Shown one piece after another: positions 1 to 7,768 of a stretch of DNA of 64,000 nucleotides. The stretch is from an uncultured Eubacteriales bacterium. GTDB lineage: Bacteria; Bacillota; Clostridia; Oscillospirales; CAG-272. The translations under genes were made by a program, and so were the position numbers. How positions within the stretch are numbered: the stretch's first letter is position 1; the number at the start of each line of letters is the position of its first letter. Below the pieces are notes generated by a model that saw only the letters and a list, made by a program, of their open reading frames with translations, ran no database searches and was not told where the DNA came from. Where the stretch lies: assembly GCA_934467415.1 (NCBI GenBank), contig CAKSLQ010000003.1:5951-69950 (forward strand). The letters run 5' to 3'.

Positions 1-309
1 AGCAGCGCCGGCGAGGCCGCCGAGCGCGGCGGGGACGCCCACGCGCAGGATGTCCTCGGCGTCGAGCGCGGCGTTCCCGCGGTAAAAGTACAGCGACACG
101 AGGCAGTAGAACGCGACCGCCGTGGAGGACAGCACGAGATTCTCCTTCGAGCCGCGCGCGCCGCCCGCCGCGCGCAGCGTGAAATAAAGCACGACCCCGC
201 CGCCCGCGCCGAGCAGCCCGTTGAGAAACCCGGCGGTCAGAGCCCCGGCTGCCAGAATGCCGAGCTGCCGCCCCGAAAGCGCGCCGTCCGCCCGATTTGC
301 CGGTATCAT
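1..309 (-). CDS. TauE/SafE (TSUP) family membrane protein, N-terminal part; gene runs off the left edge
   Basis: Not in the ORF track because it is open to the window edge. Reverse-strand translation from ATG 307-309 reads MIPANRADGALSGRQLGILAAGALTAGFLNGLLGAGGGVVLYFTLRAAG... The glycine-rich first TM (GLLGAGGG) is typical of TSUP/TauE. GGAGGG lies 9 nt upstream. Confidence 0.65.
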   Translation of the reverse strand, partial: MIPANRADGALSGRQLGILAAGALTAGFLNGLLGAGGGVVLYFTLRAAGGARGSKENLVLSSTAVAFYCLVSLYFYRGNAALDAEDILRVGVPAALGGLAGAA

Positions 310-454
310 GGATGCATCCCTCCGTTTTCGCGTTTATCCGCACGGCCGCGCGGATAAAATAAGTCTTGAATTTCTCGCGTTTTTCTGCTATTATGTATTT
401 TAGGAAGTTATGCGGTTTGCGCGGATGCGTTTGGCGGGGTGTAACTCTCTCGCA

Positions 455-592
455 GGCTCCCTCTGACGAGGGAGCTGGCGCGTATGCGCCTGAGGGAGAG
501 AGAACGGGCAGCAACACCGGTGCGCGTTCCCTGCACGGCGGTATCTCTCCCTCCGTCGGCTGACGCCGACACCTCCCCCGTCAGGAGGAGGC
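455..592. repeat. mosaic five-hairpin intergenic repeat, copy A1
   Basis: P1 gctccct/agggagc. P2 ggcgc-gtat-gcgcc. P3 gagggagag...ctctccctc. P4 gtcggc-tgac-gccgac. P5 cctcc...ggagg. Same plan as copies at 30406 and 56852. Preceded by the leader atgcggtttgcgcgga (410-425). Confidence 0.8.
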
Positions 593-641
593 ATGGATAG
601 AGCGTTGCAAAACGAAGAATGATGCGGTTTGCGCGGACTTA

Positions 642-821
642 GGCTTCCCTTGGGGGAGAGCTGTACGAGACGCAAAGCGTCTCGCGGAGTTTTCCCCGAG
701 GGGAAAACATCCTGTGACTGATGAGGGATTGATGGGAGCAAAGCGGCGCACAATGCTGTGCCGATTGCCTGCACGCCCTCATCCACCGCTGACGCGGTCC
801 CCCTTCCCCCAAAGGGAAGGC
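642..821. repeat. mosaic five-hairpin intergenic repeat, copy A2 (extended)
   Basis: Hairpins cgagacgc-aaa-gcgtctcg and gttttcccc-ga-ggggaaaac. Long stem gatgaggg...ccctcatc. Then accgc-tgac-gcggt and ccttccc...gggaagg. 775-821 is a near-identical inverted copy of 7581-7627. 663-714 matches 27310-27360. Leader atgcggtttgcgcgga at 622-637. Confidence 0.8.
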
Positions 822-858
822 TCAGAGTCCCGACGCAGAATCGGAAAGGATATACAAC

Positions 859-3606
859 ATGGCTGAACGTAAAAACGGCACGGCAAAGCGTGCGCAGACG
901 TCGAAACCGGCGGCAGCGCGCAAAACGGCCGACACGCCGAAGAAAAATACGGGAAATGCGCCGCAGAAGGCGGCGCCCGCACCGCGCCCCGTGCGCGACG
1001 AGAACGCGCTCTTGCACCGCGTCCTGCCCTACGTTTTCGTAGTATGCGCAGTTTTGGCCGCGGTATGCTTCATCGTGCCGAACAGCGGCACGGTCGGCAA
1101 CGGGCTGAAAAAGGTGCTGCTCGGGCTGTTCGGCCCCTGCATCTACGCGCTGCCGCTCCTGCTCGTCTATTTCGCGATCGACTGGCGGAGCTGGGTCGCC
1201 GAGGGCGCGCACGTCATGAAAAGCATTTTTGCCCTCGTGGTCACGCTGTTCCTCGGTGCGCTGATTCAGCTGATCTCGATCGCGGTCGGCGCGGCGGACG
1301 GTGCTGCCGGCATTGTCTCGCTGTATAACGACGGCGCGAACGGCTTCGGCGGCGGTGCGCTCGGCGGCATCATCGGCGTCGGCATGTACCGCGCCTTCGC
1401 CGCGACGGCGGGCATCATCCTGTCGGCGGCGGTGCTTTGCACGTTCGGGCTGTTCCTGTTCGGCCTGACCCCGAAGAAGCTGTGGATCAATTTCCGCTAT
1501 TCCGTGCAGATGCGCCGCGAGCGCCGCGCCGCCGCCGAGGCGGCCGGGAAGCGCGAGCGCGAATTTGACTACGAGTCCGGCGAGGAAACCGAGAATTTCG
1601 TGCCGCCGGAAGCGCTCCCCGTCCACACAAAGGCGGCGGAAAGGAAGCACGCTGCGCCTGCGTTTGACATCGGCGGCGTGGACGATCCCGTGGGCGGTCT
1701 CGCCGTGAGCGGGTCCGATCCGGTCGAGTCGCCCGACCCGCTGCTCGGCGTGGACGCGCCCACCGACACCGAGAAGACGGCCGAGATACCGGCCGCCGAC
1801 CTGCCCGAGGCGGGCGGCGTCGCAATCGGCGACGCGAAAATCGCCGTGTCCGCACAGCCGCGCCCGCTTTACGATACGGCGGGACGGATCGACCTCGAAG
1901 CCATCTTCGTCGATCCCGCTCCGGCGGGAGCGGCGGCCGCCGTCGGCGACGCCGCCGACGCGCCCGAGACGGGCGGTATCGACATCGGCGACGCGCTCGG
2001 CGAGAGCGCGACGCGCGACTTCGCCGCCCCGGCGGAGAAAACGGCGGATATGGGCGATACGCTCGGCGTCGTGCGCGAGGCGGTCGGCGCACAGAGCGCG
2101 GCGGCCGTCCCCGTAAAGCCGGCAAAGCCCGCCTACCGCTTCCCGCCCGTGACCCTGCTGTCCCCGCCGGAGCGCAGGAAAAACGAGGACGTCGGCGCGG
2201 AGCTGCGCGCCAACGCGCAGAAGCTGATTGAGACTCTGCGTTCTTTCCACGTCAACGTCACCATTTCCAGCGTGTCGCGCGGCCCCACAATCACGCGCTA
2301 TGAGCTGATCCCCGAGGCGGGTACGCGCGTGCGCTCGATCGCCAACCTCGTGGACGATATTTCGCTGTCGCTGGCCACCTCGGGCATCCGCATCGAGGCG
2401 CCCATCCCCGGCAAGGCGGCGGTCGGCATCGAGGTGCCGAACAAGGTGGTCTCCACCGTCGCGCTGCGCGAGCTGATCGAGGACAAGAGCTTCAAGGAGG
2501 CCAAGAGCCGCCTCACCGTCTGCCTCGGCAAGGACGTCGGCGGCGCGCCCATCATTTTCGACATCGCCAAGATGCCCCACCTGCTGATCGCGGGCGCGAC
2601 CGGCATGGGTAAATCGGTCTGCATCAACTCGATTATCACGAGCATCCTGTATAAAGCCACCCCCGACGAGGTCAAACTGATGCTGATCGACCCGAAGAAG
2701 GTCGAGTTCAACATCTACAACGGCATTCCGCACTTGCAGACGCCGGTCGTCAGCGATCCGAAGAAGGCGGCGGGCGCGCTGCACTGGGCGGTCACCGAGA
2801 TGGAGCGCCGCTATGAGCTGATCGAGGAGGTCGGCGCGCGCAAGATCGAAACCTACAACGAGATCGCGCGCGAGCGCGGCATGGAGGTCCTGCCCTATAC
2901 CGTCATCATCATCGACGAGCTGGCCGACCTGATGATGACCGCGCCCGACGCGGTGGAGGAATCCATCTGCCGCCTGGCGCAGAAGGCGCGCGCCGCCGGT
3001 ATGCACATCATCATCGGCACGCAGCGCCCCTCGGTGGACGTCATCACGGGTCTCATCAAGGCGAACATCCCGTCGCGTATCGCGTTCACGGTGGCGTCGC
3101 AGGTGGACTCCCGCACGATCATCGACATCGCGGGCGCGGAGAAGCTGATCGGCCGCGGCGATATGCTCTATTACCCGGTCGGCCTGTCCAAGCCGATGCG
3201 CGCGCAGGGCGCGTTCGTCAGCGAGGACGAGGTGGAGAAGATCACAAACTTCGTCAAGCAGGCGGCGGGCGAGACCGAGTACGACAGCGAGATCATCGAG
3301 AGCATCGAGCGCGAGGCGCAGACCATCGGCAATGCCGGCAAGAAGGGCGGCGAGGCGGCGGAGGACGCGGGCAGCGACCCGAAGCTCCGTGACGCGCTCG
3401 AGATCGCGACCGAATCCGGCAAGATCTCCACGTCGCTGCTCCAGCGCAGGCTGTCCATCGGTTACGGCCGCGCGGCGAAGATCATCGACATCATGGAGGC
3501 GCGCGGCTTTGTCAGCGCGCCGGACGGACAGAAACCCCGCGAGGTGCTGATCTCGAAGACGCAGTACCGCGAGATGGTCGTCAACAACGACGAGAGGCTG
3601 AACTGA
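859..3606 (+). CDS. ftsK: DNA translocase FtsK/SpoIIIE
   Basis: 915-aa ORF with N-terminal TM helices, an Ala/Pro/Asp-rich linker and a C-terminal motor domain with Walker A GATGMGKS. Winged-helix gamma-like tail (LLQRRLSIGYGRAAKIIDIMEARG). Confidence 0.95.
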   Translation: MAERKNGTAKRAQTSKPAAARKTADTPKKNTGNAPQKAAPAPRPVRDENALLHRVLPYVFVVCAVLAAVCFIVPNSGTVGNGLKKVLLGLFGPCIYALPLLLVYFAIDWRSWVAEGAHVMKSIFALVVTLFLGALIQLISIAVGAADGAAGIVSLYNDGANGFGGGALGGIIGVGMYRAFAATAGIILSAAVLCTFGLFLFGLTPKKLWINFRYSVQMRRERRAAAEAAGKREREFDYESGEETENFVPPEALPVHTKAAERKHAAPAFDIGGVDDPVGGLAVSGSDPVESPDPLLGVDAPTDTEKTAEIPAADLPEAGGVAIGDAKIAVSAQPRPLYDTAGRIDLEAIFVDPAPAGAAAAVGDAADAPETGGIDIGDALGESATRDFAAPAEKTADMGDTLGVVREAVGAQSAAAVPVKPAKPAYRFPPVTLLSPPERRKNEDVGAELRANAQKLIETLRSFHVNVTISSVSRGPTITRYELIPEAGTRVRSIANLVDDISLSLATSGIRIEAPIPGKAAVGIEVPNKVVSTVALRELIEDKSFKEAKSRLTVCLGKDVGGAPIIFDIAKMPHLLIAGATGMGKSVCINSIITSILYKATPDEVKLMLIDPKKVEFNIYNGIPHLQTPVVSDPKKAAGALHWAVTEMERRYELIEEVGARKIETYNEIARERGMEVLPYTVIIIDELADLMMTAPDAVEESICRLAQKARAAGMHIIIGTQRPSVDVITGLIKANIPSRIAFTVASQVDSRTIIDIAGAEKLIGRGDMLYYPVGLSKPMRAQGAFVSEDEVEKITNFVKQAAGETEYDSEIIESIEREAQTIGNAGKKGGEAAEDAGSDPKLRDALEIATESGKISTSLLQRRLSIGYGRAAKIIDIMEARGFVSAPDGQKPREVLISKTQYREMVVNNDERLN

Positions 3607-4265
3607 TGGAAAAGACAAAAGCAAAGCTGATTTCGATCGACGGGCTGGACGGCAGCGGCAAGAATACGCAGAGCGAGCTGCTCCGCGACCGTCTGCGCGC
3701 CGAGGGCCATACCGCCGAGGTCGTCAGCTTCCCGATGTACGGCGAGCCCTCCTGCTTTGCCGTGGAGATGTATCTCTCCGGCGCGCTCGGCGGGCATCCC
3801 GACGACACCGGCGCGTACCCGGCGGCCACCTTCTTTGCGGTGGATCGCTACATCAGTATGCGCACGGTCTGGGGCAGACTGCTTGAGACCAACGACTATA
3901 TCATCTTCAACCGCTATACCAGCGCCAACGCCGTGCATCAGCTCTCCAAGCTGCCGCGTGCGGATTGGGACGAATTTCTCGACTGGCTTTACGACTTCGA
4001 GTTTGCAAGGCTCGGCCTGCCGCGCCCGGATCTCACGCTGTATCTGGTCGTCGAGCCGGAGGTGTCCATGTCGCTCGTGGACAAGCGCGGTGAGAAGAAG
4101 GACATTCACGAGACCGACGCCGCCTATATGCGCGCCTGCTACGAGGCGGGGCTGTATGCCGCGGCGAAGCTCGGCTTTGACAAGATCGGCTGCTGCGCGG
4201 ACGGGAAAATCCTATCGCGTGAGGCGATCGCCGATGCAATCTATCATGAGGTGAAGAGACTGTGA
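3606..4265 (+). CDS. dTMP (thymidylate) kinase family protein
   Basis: 219 aa with N-terminal P-loop ISIDGLDGSGKNTQ as in thymidylate kinases. The start ATG shares one base with the ftsK stop (TGATG). Confidence 0.7.
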   Translation: MEKTKAKLISIDGLDGSGKNTQSELLRDRLRAEGHTAEVVSFPMYGEPSCFAVEMYLSGALGGHPDDTGAYPAATFFAVDRYISMRTVWGRLLETNDYIIFNRYTSANAVHQLSKLPRADWDEFLDWLYDFEFARLGLPRPDLTLYLVVEPEVSMSLVDKRGEKKDIHETDAAYMRACYEAGLYAAAKLGFDKIGCCADGKILSREAIADAIYHEVKRL

Positions 4266-4993
4266 AACGGACGGCTCCGGCCGAGAACGTCCGGATTGCG
4301 CGCGTGCGCGATCTGGACGCTGCCACGCTTCGCGCGGCGCGCGCTTTGCAGCACGCAGCGTTCGGCGACGACGCGGCGTTTCTCGACCGTTTGTTTGCCG
4401 CGGCGGCGGATGAACGGTATCTGTACATTCGCGCGGGGAGCGGCATCGCCGCAGGATGCTTCGTGTTCGGCGCGGCGCTGTATACGGGCGGCCGCACGGT
4501 GCAGGGCGGGTATCTGTATGCGCTCTGTACCGCGGCGGCCTATCGCGGCCGCGGCCTTGCGCATACGCTGCTCGGCGCGGCCGTGCGGTGCGCGGGGGAA
4601 TTTCTGCTGACCGTGCCCGCCTCGCGCAGCCTCTGCGATTTTTACCGCCGCGTCGGCTTTACGCACGCGCTGTACGGCTGTGTGACGGTCGGCGGCGACG
4701 GTGACAGCAAAGCGCCGGTCGAAACGCGGCCGGGCGGGTATGCGGACGCGGTACAGGCCGCAAAGCTGCACGGCGGGCTGCTGCTGGCCGAGCCGCTGTT
4801 TGCACTCGCGCTTGCCGAGAGCGGGGCAGTCCCCGCCGTTGTCGGCGACGCGTTCTGTGCGGTGCGGGGCGGACAGCTCGCGGCCGCCATCGGCCTCCGG
4901 CCGAAACATCCGATTGCCGAAAAGGCGCTCCTGCGCAGCGGTTCCCCGCTGCCGACCGACGGCATCTTCGCGGATCTTCTGCTCGAGGTGTAA
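4262..4993 (+). CDS. GNAT family N-acetyltransferase
   Basis: 243 aa. Acetyl-CoA pocket motif YRGRGLAHTLL (R/Q-x-x-G-x-G/A). GTG start overlaps the upstream stop (GTGA). Confidence 0.7.
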   Translation: MKRTAPAENVRIARVRDLDAATLRAARALQHAAFGDDAAFLDRLFAAAADERYLYIRAGSGIAAGCFVFGAALYTGGRTVQGGYLYALCTAAAYRGRGLAHTLLGAAVRCAGEFLLTVPASRSLCDFYRRVGFTHALYGCVTVGGDGDSKAPVETRPGGYADAVQAAKLHGGLLLAEPLFALALAESGAVPAVVGDAFCAVRGGQLAAAIGLRPKHPIAEKALLRSGSPLPTDGIFADLLLEV

Positions 4994-5010
4994 TGATTCT
5001 GCCGGGGGGG

Positions 5011-5182
5011 AACGGGTCGTCGAGGGCGCCGACCCCTACCGGTCAGCGGGAAATCCTCACAAACTTGTAGGGCGGGGGCTTGCTCCCGCCGCAAGAAAAA
5101 ACGGGTCGTCGAGGGCGCCGACCCCTACCGGTTTGCGCGGAATCTCCGCACACCGCACAGGCGGGGGCTCGCTCCCGCCGCA
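5011..5182. repeat. two tandem 83-nt copies of a second hairpin-repeat subfamily (5011-5093, 5100-5182)
   Basis: Both copies start aacgggtcgtcgagggcgccgacccctaccggt and end gcgggggct(t/c)gctcccgccgca. The middles diverge. The end module recurs at 7534-7560. Confidence 0.85.
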
Positions 5183-5222
5183 TCACACAAAAACGACAAC
5201 ATCAACCGAAAGGATGGTTTTC

Positions 5223-5762
5223 ATGGTTTACATTCTGCTTGCAGACGGATTTGAAGAAATCGAGGCGCTCTGCCCGCTTGACCTTCTGCGCCGTGCCGGC
5301 GTGGAGGCAAAGACGGTCAGCGTGACCGAGAAGCGGGTCGTCACCGGCTCGCACGGCATTGCCGTGACGGCGGATCTGACGGCGGAAAATTCGCTGTCCG
5401 ATTTTGACATGCTGGTTCTGCCCGGCGGTATGCCCGGCACGACCCATCTGGATAAGTCGCAGTTCTGCGACGGCCTTCTGCGCGCCGCCGTCAAGAGCGA
5501 CGCCTATATCGCCGCCATCTGCGCCGCGCCGATGGTTCTCGGCCGCCGCGGCCTCCTGAAGGACAAAGAAGCGGTCTGCTTCCCCGGCTTTGAGGGCGAG
5601 CTTGCGGGCGCGCACCTCTCCGACCGCCGCGTCGTCAGGGACGGCAAAATCATCACCGGCGTCGGCATGGGCGCGGCACTCGAATTCGGCCTTGCGCTGG
5701 TCGAGGTCTTCTGCGGCAAAGAGGCCGCGGATAAGCTCGGCGGCTCGGTTCTGGCGAAATGA
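5223..5762 (+). CDS. DJ-1/PfpI/ThiJ family protein
   Basis: ORF 4701..5762 trimmed to ATG 5223 (AAAGGA 9 nt upstream); the upstream part of the ORF is the repeat region. VLPGG motif and nucleophile-elbow AAICAAP. Confidence 0.85.
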   Translation: MVYILLADGFEEIEALCPLDLLRRAGVEAKTVSVTEKRVVTGSHGIAVTADLTAENSLSDFDMLVLPGGMPGTTHLDKSQFCDGLLRAAVKSDAYIAAICAAPMVLGRRGLLKDKEAVCFPGFEGELAGAHLSDRRVVRDGKIITGVGMGAALEFGLALVEVFCGKEAADKLGGSVLAK

Positions 5763-6571
5763 CGGCAGTCTGCGACACGGAAAAACCGTGTGCTGTGCCG
5801 ACGGACGCGCCGAACCCGAAGACCGAACGCCGCCGTGCCGCGCGCGAACTGCGCGACGCCATGCCTGCGGCGCTGCGTGCCGAGGCGAGCGCGGCGATCT
5901 GTCGGCGGATCCTCGCGATGGCGTCCTTCGGGCTTTGCGACACGGTGTTCTGCTACAGCCCGGTGGGCAGCGAGGTCGATATCCGCCCGGTCATCGCCGA
6001 GGCGCTCGCGCGCGGCAAGCGCGTGGCGCTTCCGGCCTGCGACTATGTGGCCGGGGAGATGGAGTTTTACGACATCGGGAGCGGGATGCTCTGCGAAAAC
6101 GGGCCGATGCACATCCCCGAGCCTTTGCCCGACCCGGCCATGCGGCTCACGCCCACGGCCGGGACGCTGATGCTGGTTCCGGGGCTGCTGTTTGACCGTC
6201 GCGGGCGGCGCATCGGCTACGGCAAGGGCATGTATGACCGCTACATACGGCGCTTCCCGGATTTTCTGCGCGGCTCGACCGCCGTCGGCGTGTCCTTTGC
6301 CGCGCTGCTCTCGGATACGCCGATCCCCTATACCGATTTTGACGTCAACCTTGCGCTGGTCGTGACCGAACACGGTCTCGTCTTCACGCGCAGGATCGAA
6401 AAAGCACCGAAGTGGGAGGTGCGGCATCGCCGCCCCGTCCCGCTGGTCGATCGCGACGGCAACCCGGCAAAGCAGCAGAAGCGCGCGTATTACAGCGCCG
6501 ATTTTGTGCCGCCGGACGCCGGGAAGTATGCGCCGCCGCGCGCAAAGGAAACGAAGGAACCCAAGGAATGA
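5759..6571 (+). CDS. 5-formyltetrahydrofolate cyclo-ligase with a basic C-terminal tail
   Basis: 270 aa with motif LVPGLLFDRRGRRIGYGKGMYDRY, typical of MTHFS/YgfA. ATGA overlap with the DJ-1 gene. About 60 extra Lys/Arg/Pro-rich residues at the C terminus. Confidence 0.85.
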   Translation: MTAVCDTEKPCAVPTDAPNPKTERRRAARELRDAMPAALRAEASAAICRRILAMASFGLCDTVFCYSPVGSEVDIRPVIAEALARGKRVALPACDYVAGEMEFYDIGSGMLCENGPMHIPEPLPDPAMRLTPTAGTLMLVPGLLFDRRGRRIGYGKGMYDRYIRRFPDFLRGSTAVGVSFAALLSDTPIPYTDFDVNLALVVTEHGLVFTRRIEKAPKWEVRHRRPVPLVDRDGNPAKQQKRAYYSADFVPPDAGKYAPPRAKETKEPKE

Positions 6572-7464
6572 AGCTGAAGCCTTATACCGCAGCACCGCTC
6601 GCGGCCGCAGCCTGTCTGTTTCTCACGCTGCTGTACGGCATGGTGAGCGCGGACGCGGATCTGCCTGCCGCATGGCGGCTGCCCGTGCTCGGCATCGCGC
6701 AGGCCGTCAGCTGTCTGCTGCCCGCCGTGCTGTATCTTTGCTGCTACCGCGATTTCAACGCGCGGCGGTTGCGCTTTGCGCTCCCGCGTGCCGAGAGCAT
6801 TGGGACGCTTGTCCTGCTGCTTCTGTGTCTGCTCATCGGCAGCGCGATGCTCACGCTCGTGGGCAAGCGCCTCGGTCTCGAGAGCGCGCAGGCGGTCGGG
6901 ACGTCCGGCGCGGCAAGTCCCGCGGCGACGCTGCTTGTTGTCTGCATCCTGCCCGCCGTCTGCGAGGAATTTCTTTTCCGCGGCGTGATCCTGTGCGCTT
7001 TTGAGGCGTGCGGCACACGCGCGGCGATCGTCGGCACGTCGATTCTGTTCGCCTTCGCGCACATGGATTTCGAGCGTCTGCCGCTCTATTTCTTCTGCTC
7101 GGCGGTGCTCTGCTTCGCCGTCTATGTCAGCCGTTCACTCTTCGCGGCGGTGCTGCTGCACGCGGTCTACAACGTTGCGTCGGTATACGCGGGCGTGTAT
7201 CTGTCCTCGGTGGCGGCGCACCTGGAGAGCTTTGCGCTTCTGTTCATCGTGATGCTGCTCGCATTTCTCATCTGCGTGATCTTCACGCTGTCGGCGGCAT
7301 CGCGCACCTACCGCGCCTATGCCGACGCGGGGCTGCCCTGCGATTACGCGCCGCAGCTGCGCGGTGCAGCGCGCTTGCGCGCGGGCGCGGCGGTGTATTT
7401 TTCACTGCCGTTTCTGCTCTGCACCCTGCTGTTTGCGGCCGTGGTGATCCTCGAGATGCGGTAG
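6568..7464 (+). CDS. CPBP (CAAX) family intramembrane metalloprotease
   Basis: ORF 6412..7464 trimmed to ATG 6568 (ATGA overlap with the upstream stop). Multi-TM protein with motifs EEFLFRG, FAFAH and HAVYN. Confidence 0.85.
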   Translation: MKLKPYTAAPLAAAACLFLTLLYGMVSADADLPAAWRLPVLGIAQAVSCLLPAVLYLCCYRDFNARRLRFALPRAESIGTLVLLLLCLLIGSAMLTLVGKRLGLESAQAVGTSGAASPAATLLVVCILPAVCEEFLFRGVILCAFEACGTRAAIVGTSILFAFAHMDFERLPLYFFCSAVLCFAVYVSRSLFAAVLLHAVYNVASVYAGVYLSSVAAHLESFALLFIVMLLAFLICVIFTLSAASRTYRAYADAGLPCDYAPQLRGAARLRAGAAVYFSLPFLLCTLLFAAVVILEMR

Positions 7465-7580
7465 AACGCATGGATGGCGACCTGAAACGAATAGGTAAAC
7501 CCATGCCGATTGGTATGAGATTTTATGCATTCCGTAGGGCGGGGGCTTGCTCCCGCCGCATCCGTTCGCATTCTGTTCAA

Positions 7581-7723
7581 GCCTTCCCCTTTGGGGAAGG
7601 GGGACCGCGTCAGCGGTGGATGAGGGCTTGCAGACTGCCTCCACAGCATTGTGTGAAGTTCAGCCTCCCGCAATCCCTCATCCGTCACGGCAATGCCGTG
7701 CCACCTTCCCCAAAGGGGAAGGC
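7581..7723. repeat. mosaic five-hairpin intergenic repeat, copy C
   Basis: ccttcccc-tttg-ggggaagg. accgc-gtca-gcggt. 9-bp stem ggatgaggg...ccctcatcc. cacggca-a-tgccgtg. ccttcccc-aaa-ggggaagg. Preceded at 7534-7560 by the subfamily-2 module gtagggcgggggcttgctcccgccgca. Confidence 0.8.
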
Positions 7724-7768
7724 TTAGATACACCCTCGCTTTATCCCGATTCAGAAAAGGAAAATTCT

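Noticed and set aside
711-730. Hammerhead-ribozyme-like CUGAUGAG core in the repeats (also ctgacgaggg at 463 and ctgatgagggg at 54537)
   Set aside because: The gatgaggg segment pairs as a whole with a downstream ccctcatc. There is no stem II followed by GAAA and no cleavage-site context, so the hammerhead core cannot form.
400-3624. 1074-aa minus-strand ORF antisense to ftsK
   Set aside because: It has an Arg/Ala/Asp/Gly-rich low-complexity composition typical of antisense frames in high-GC DNA. It runs through the intergenic repeat region. The opposite strand encodes an unmistakable FtsK.
5011-5182. Possible mini-CRISPR array (two direct repeats)
   Set aside because: There are only two copies, the repeat is 83 nt long with a 6-nt gap, there are no cas genes, and the modules recur singly elsewhere. 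This is a dispersed repeat, not a CRISPR.
4701-5222. N-terminal extensions of track ORFs that run through intergenic repeats or tRNAs (4701-5222, 6412-6567, 7547-7768, 30376-30420, 30459-30665, 30659-31078, 41744-42019, 57085-57153, 57866-58003)
   Set aside because: The extensions translate repeat, tRNA or terminator DNA. Internal ATGs with good RBSs, or ATGA/TGATG coupling, give proteins that start at the conserved N termini of their families.
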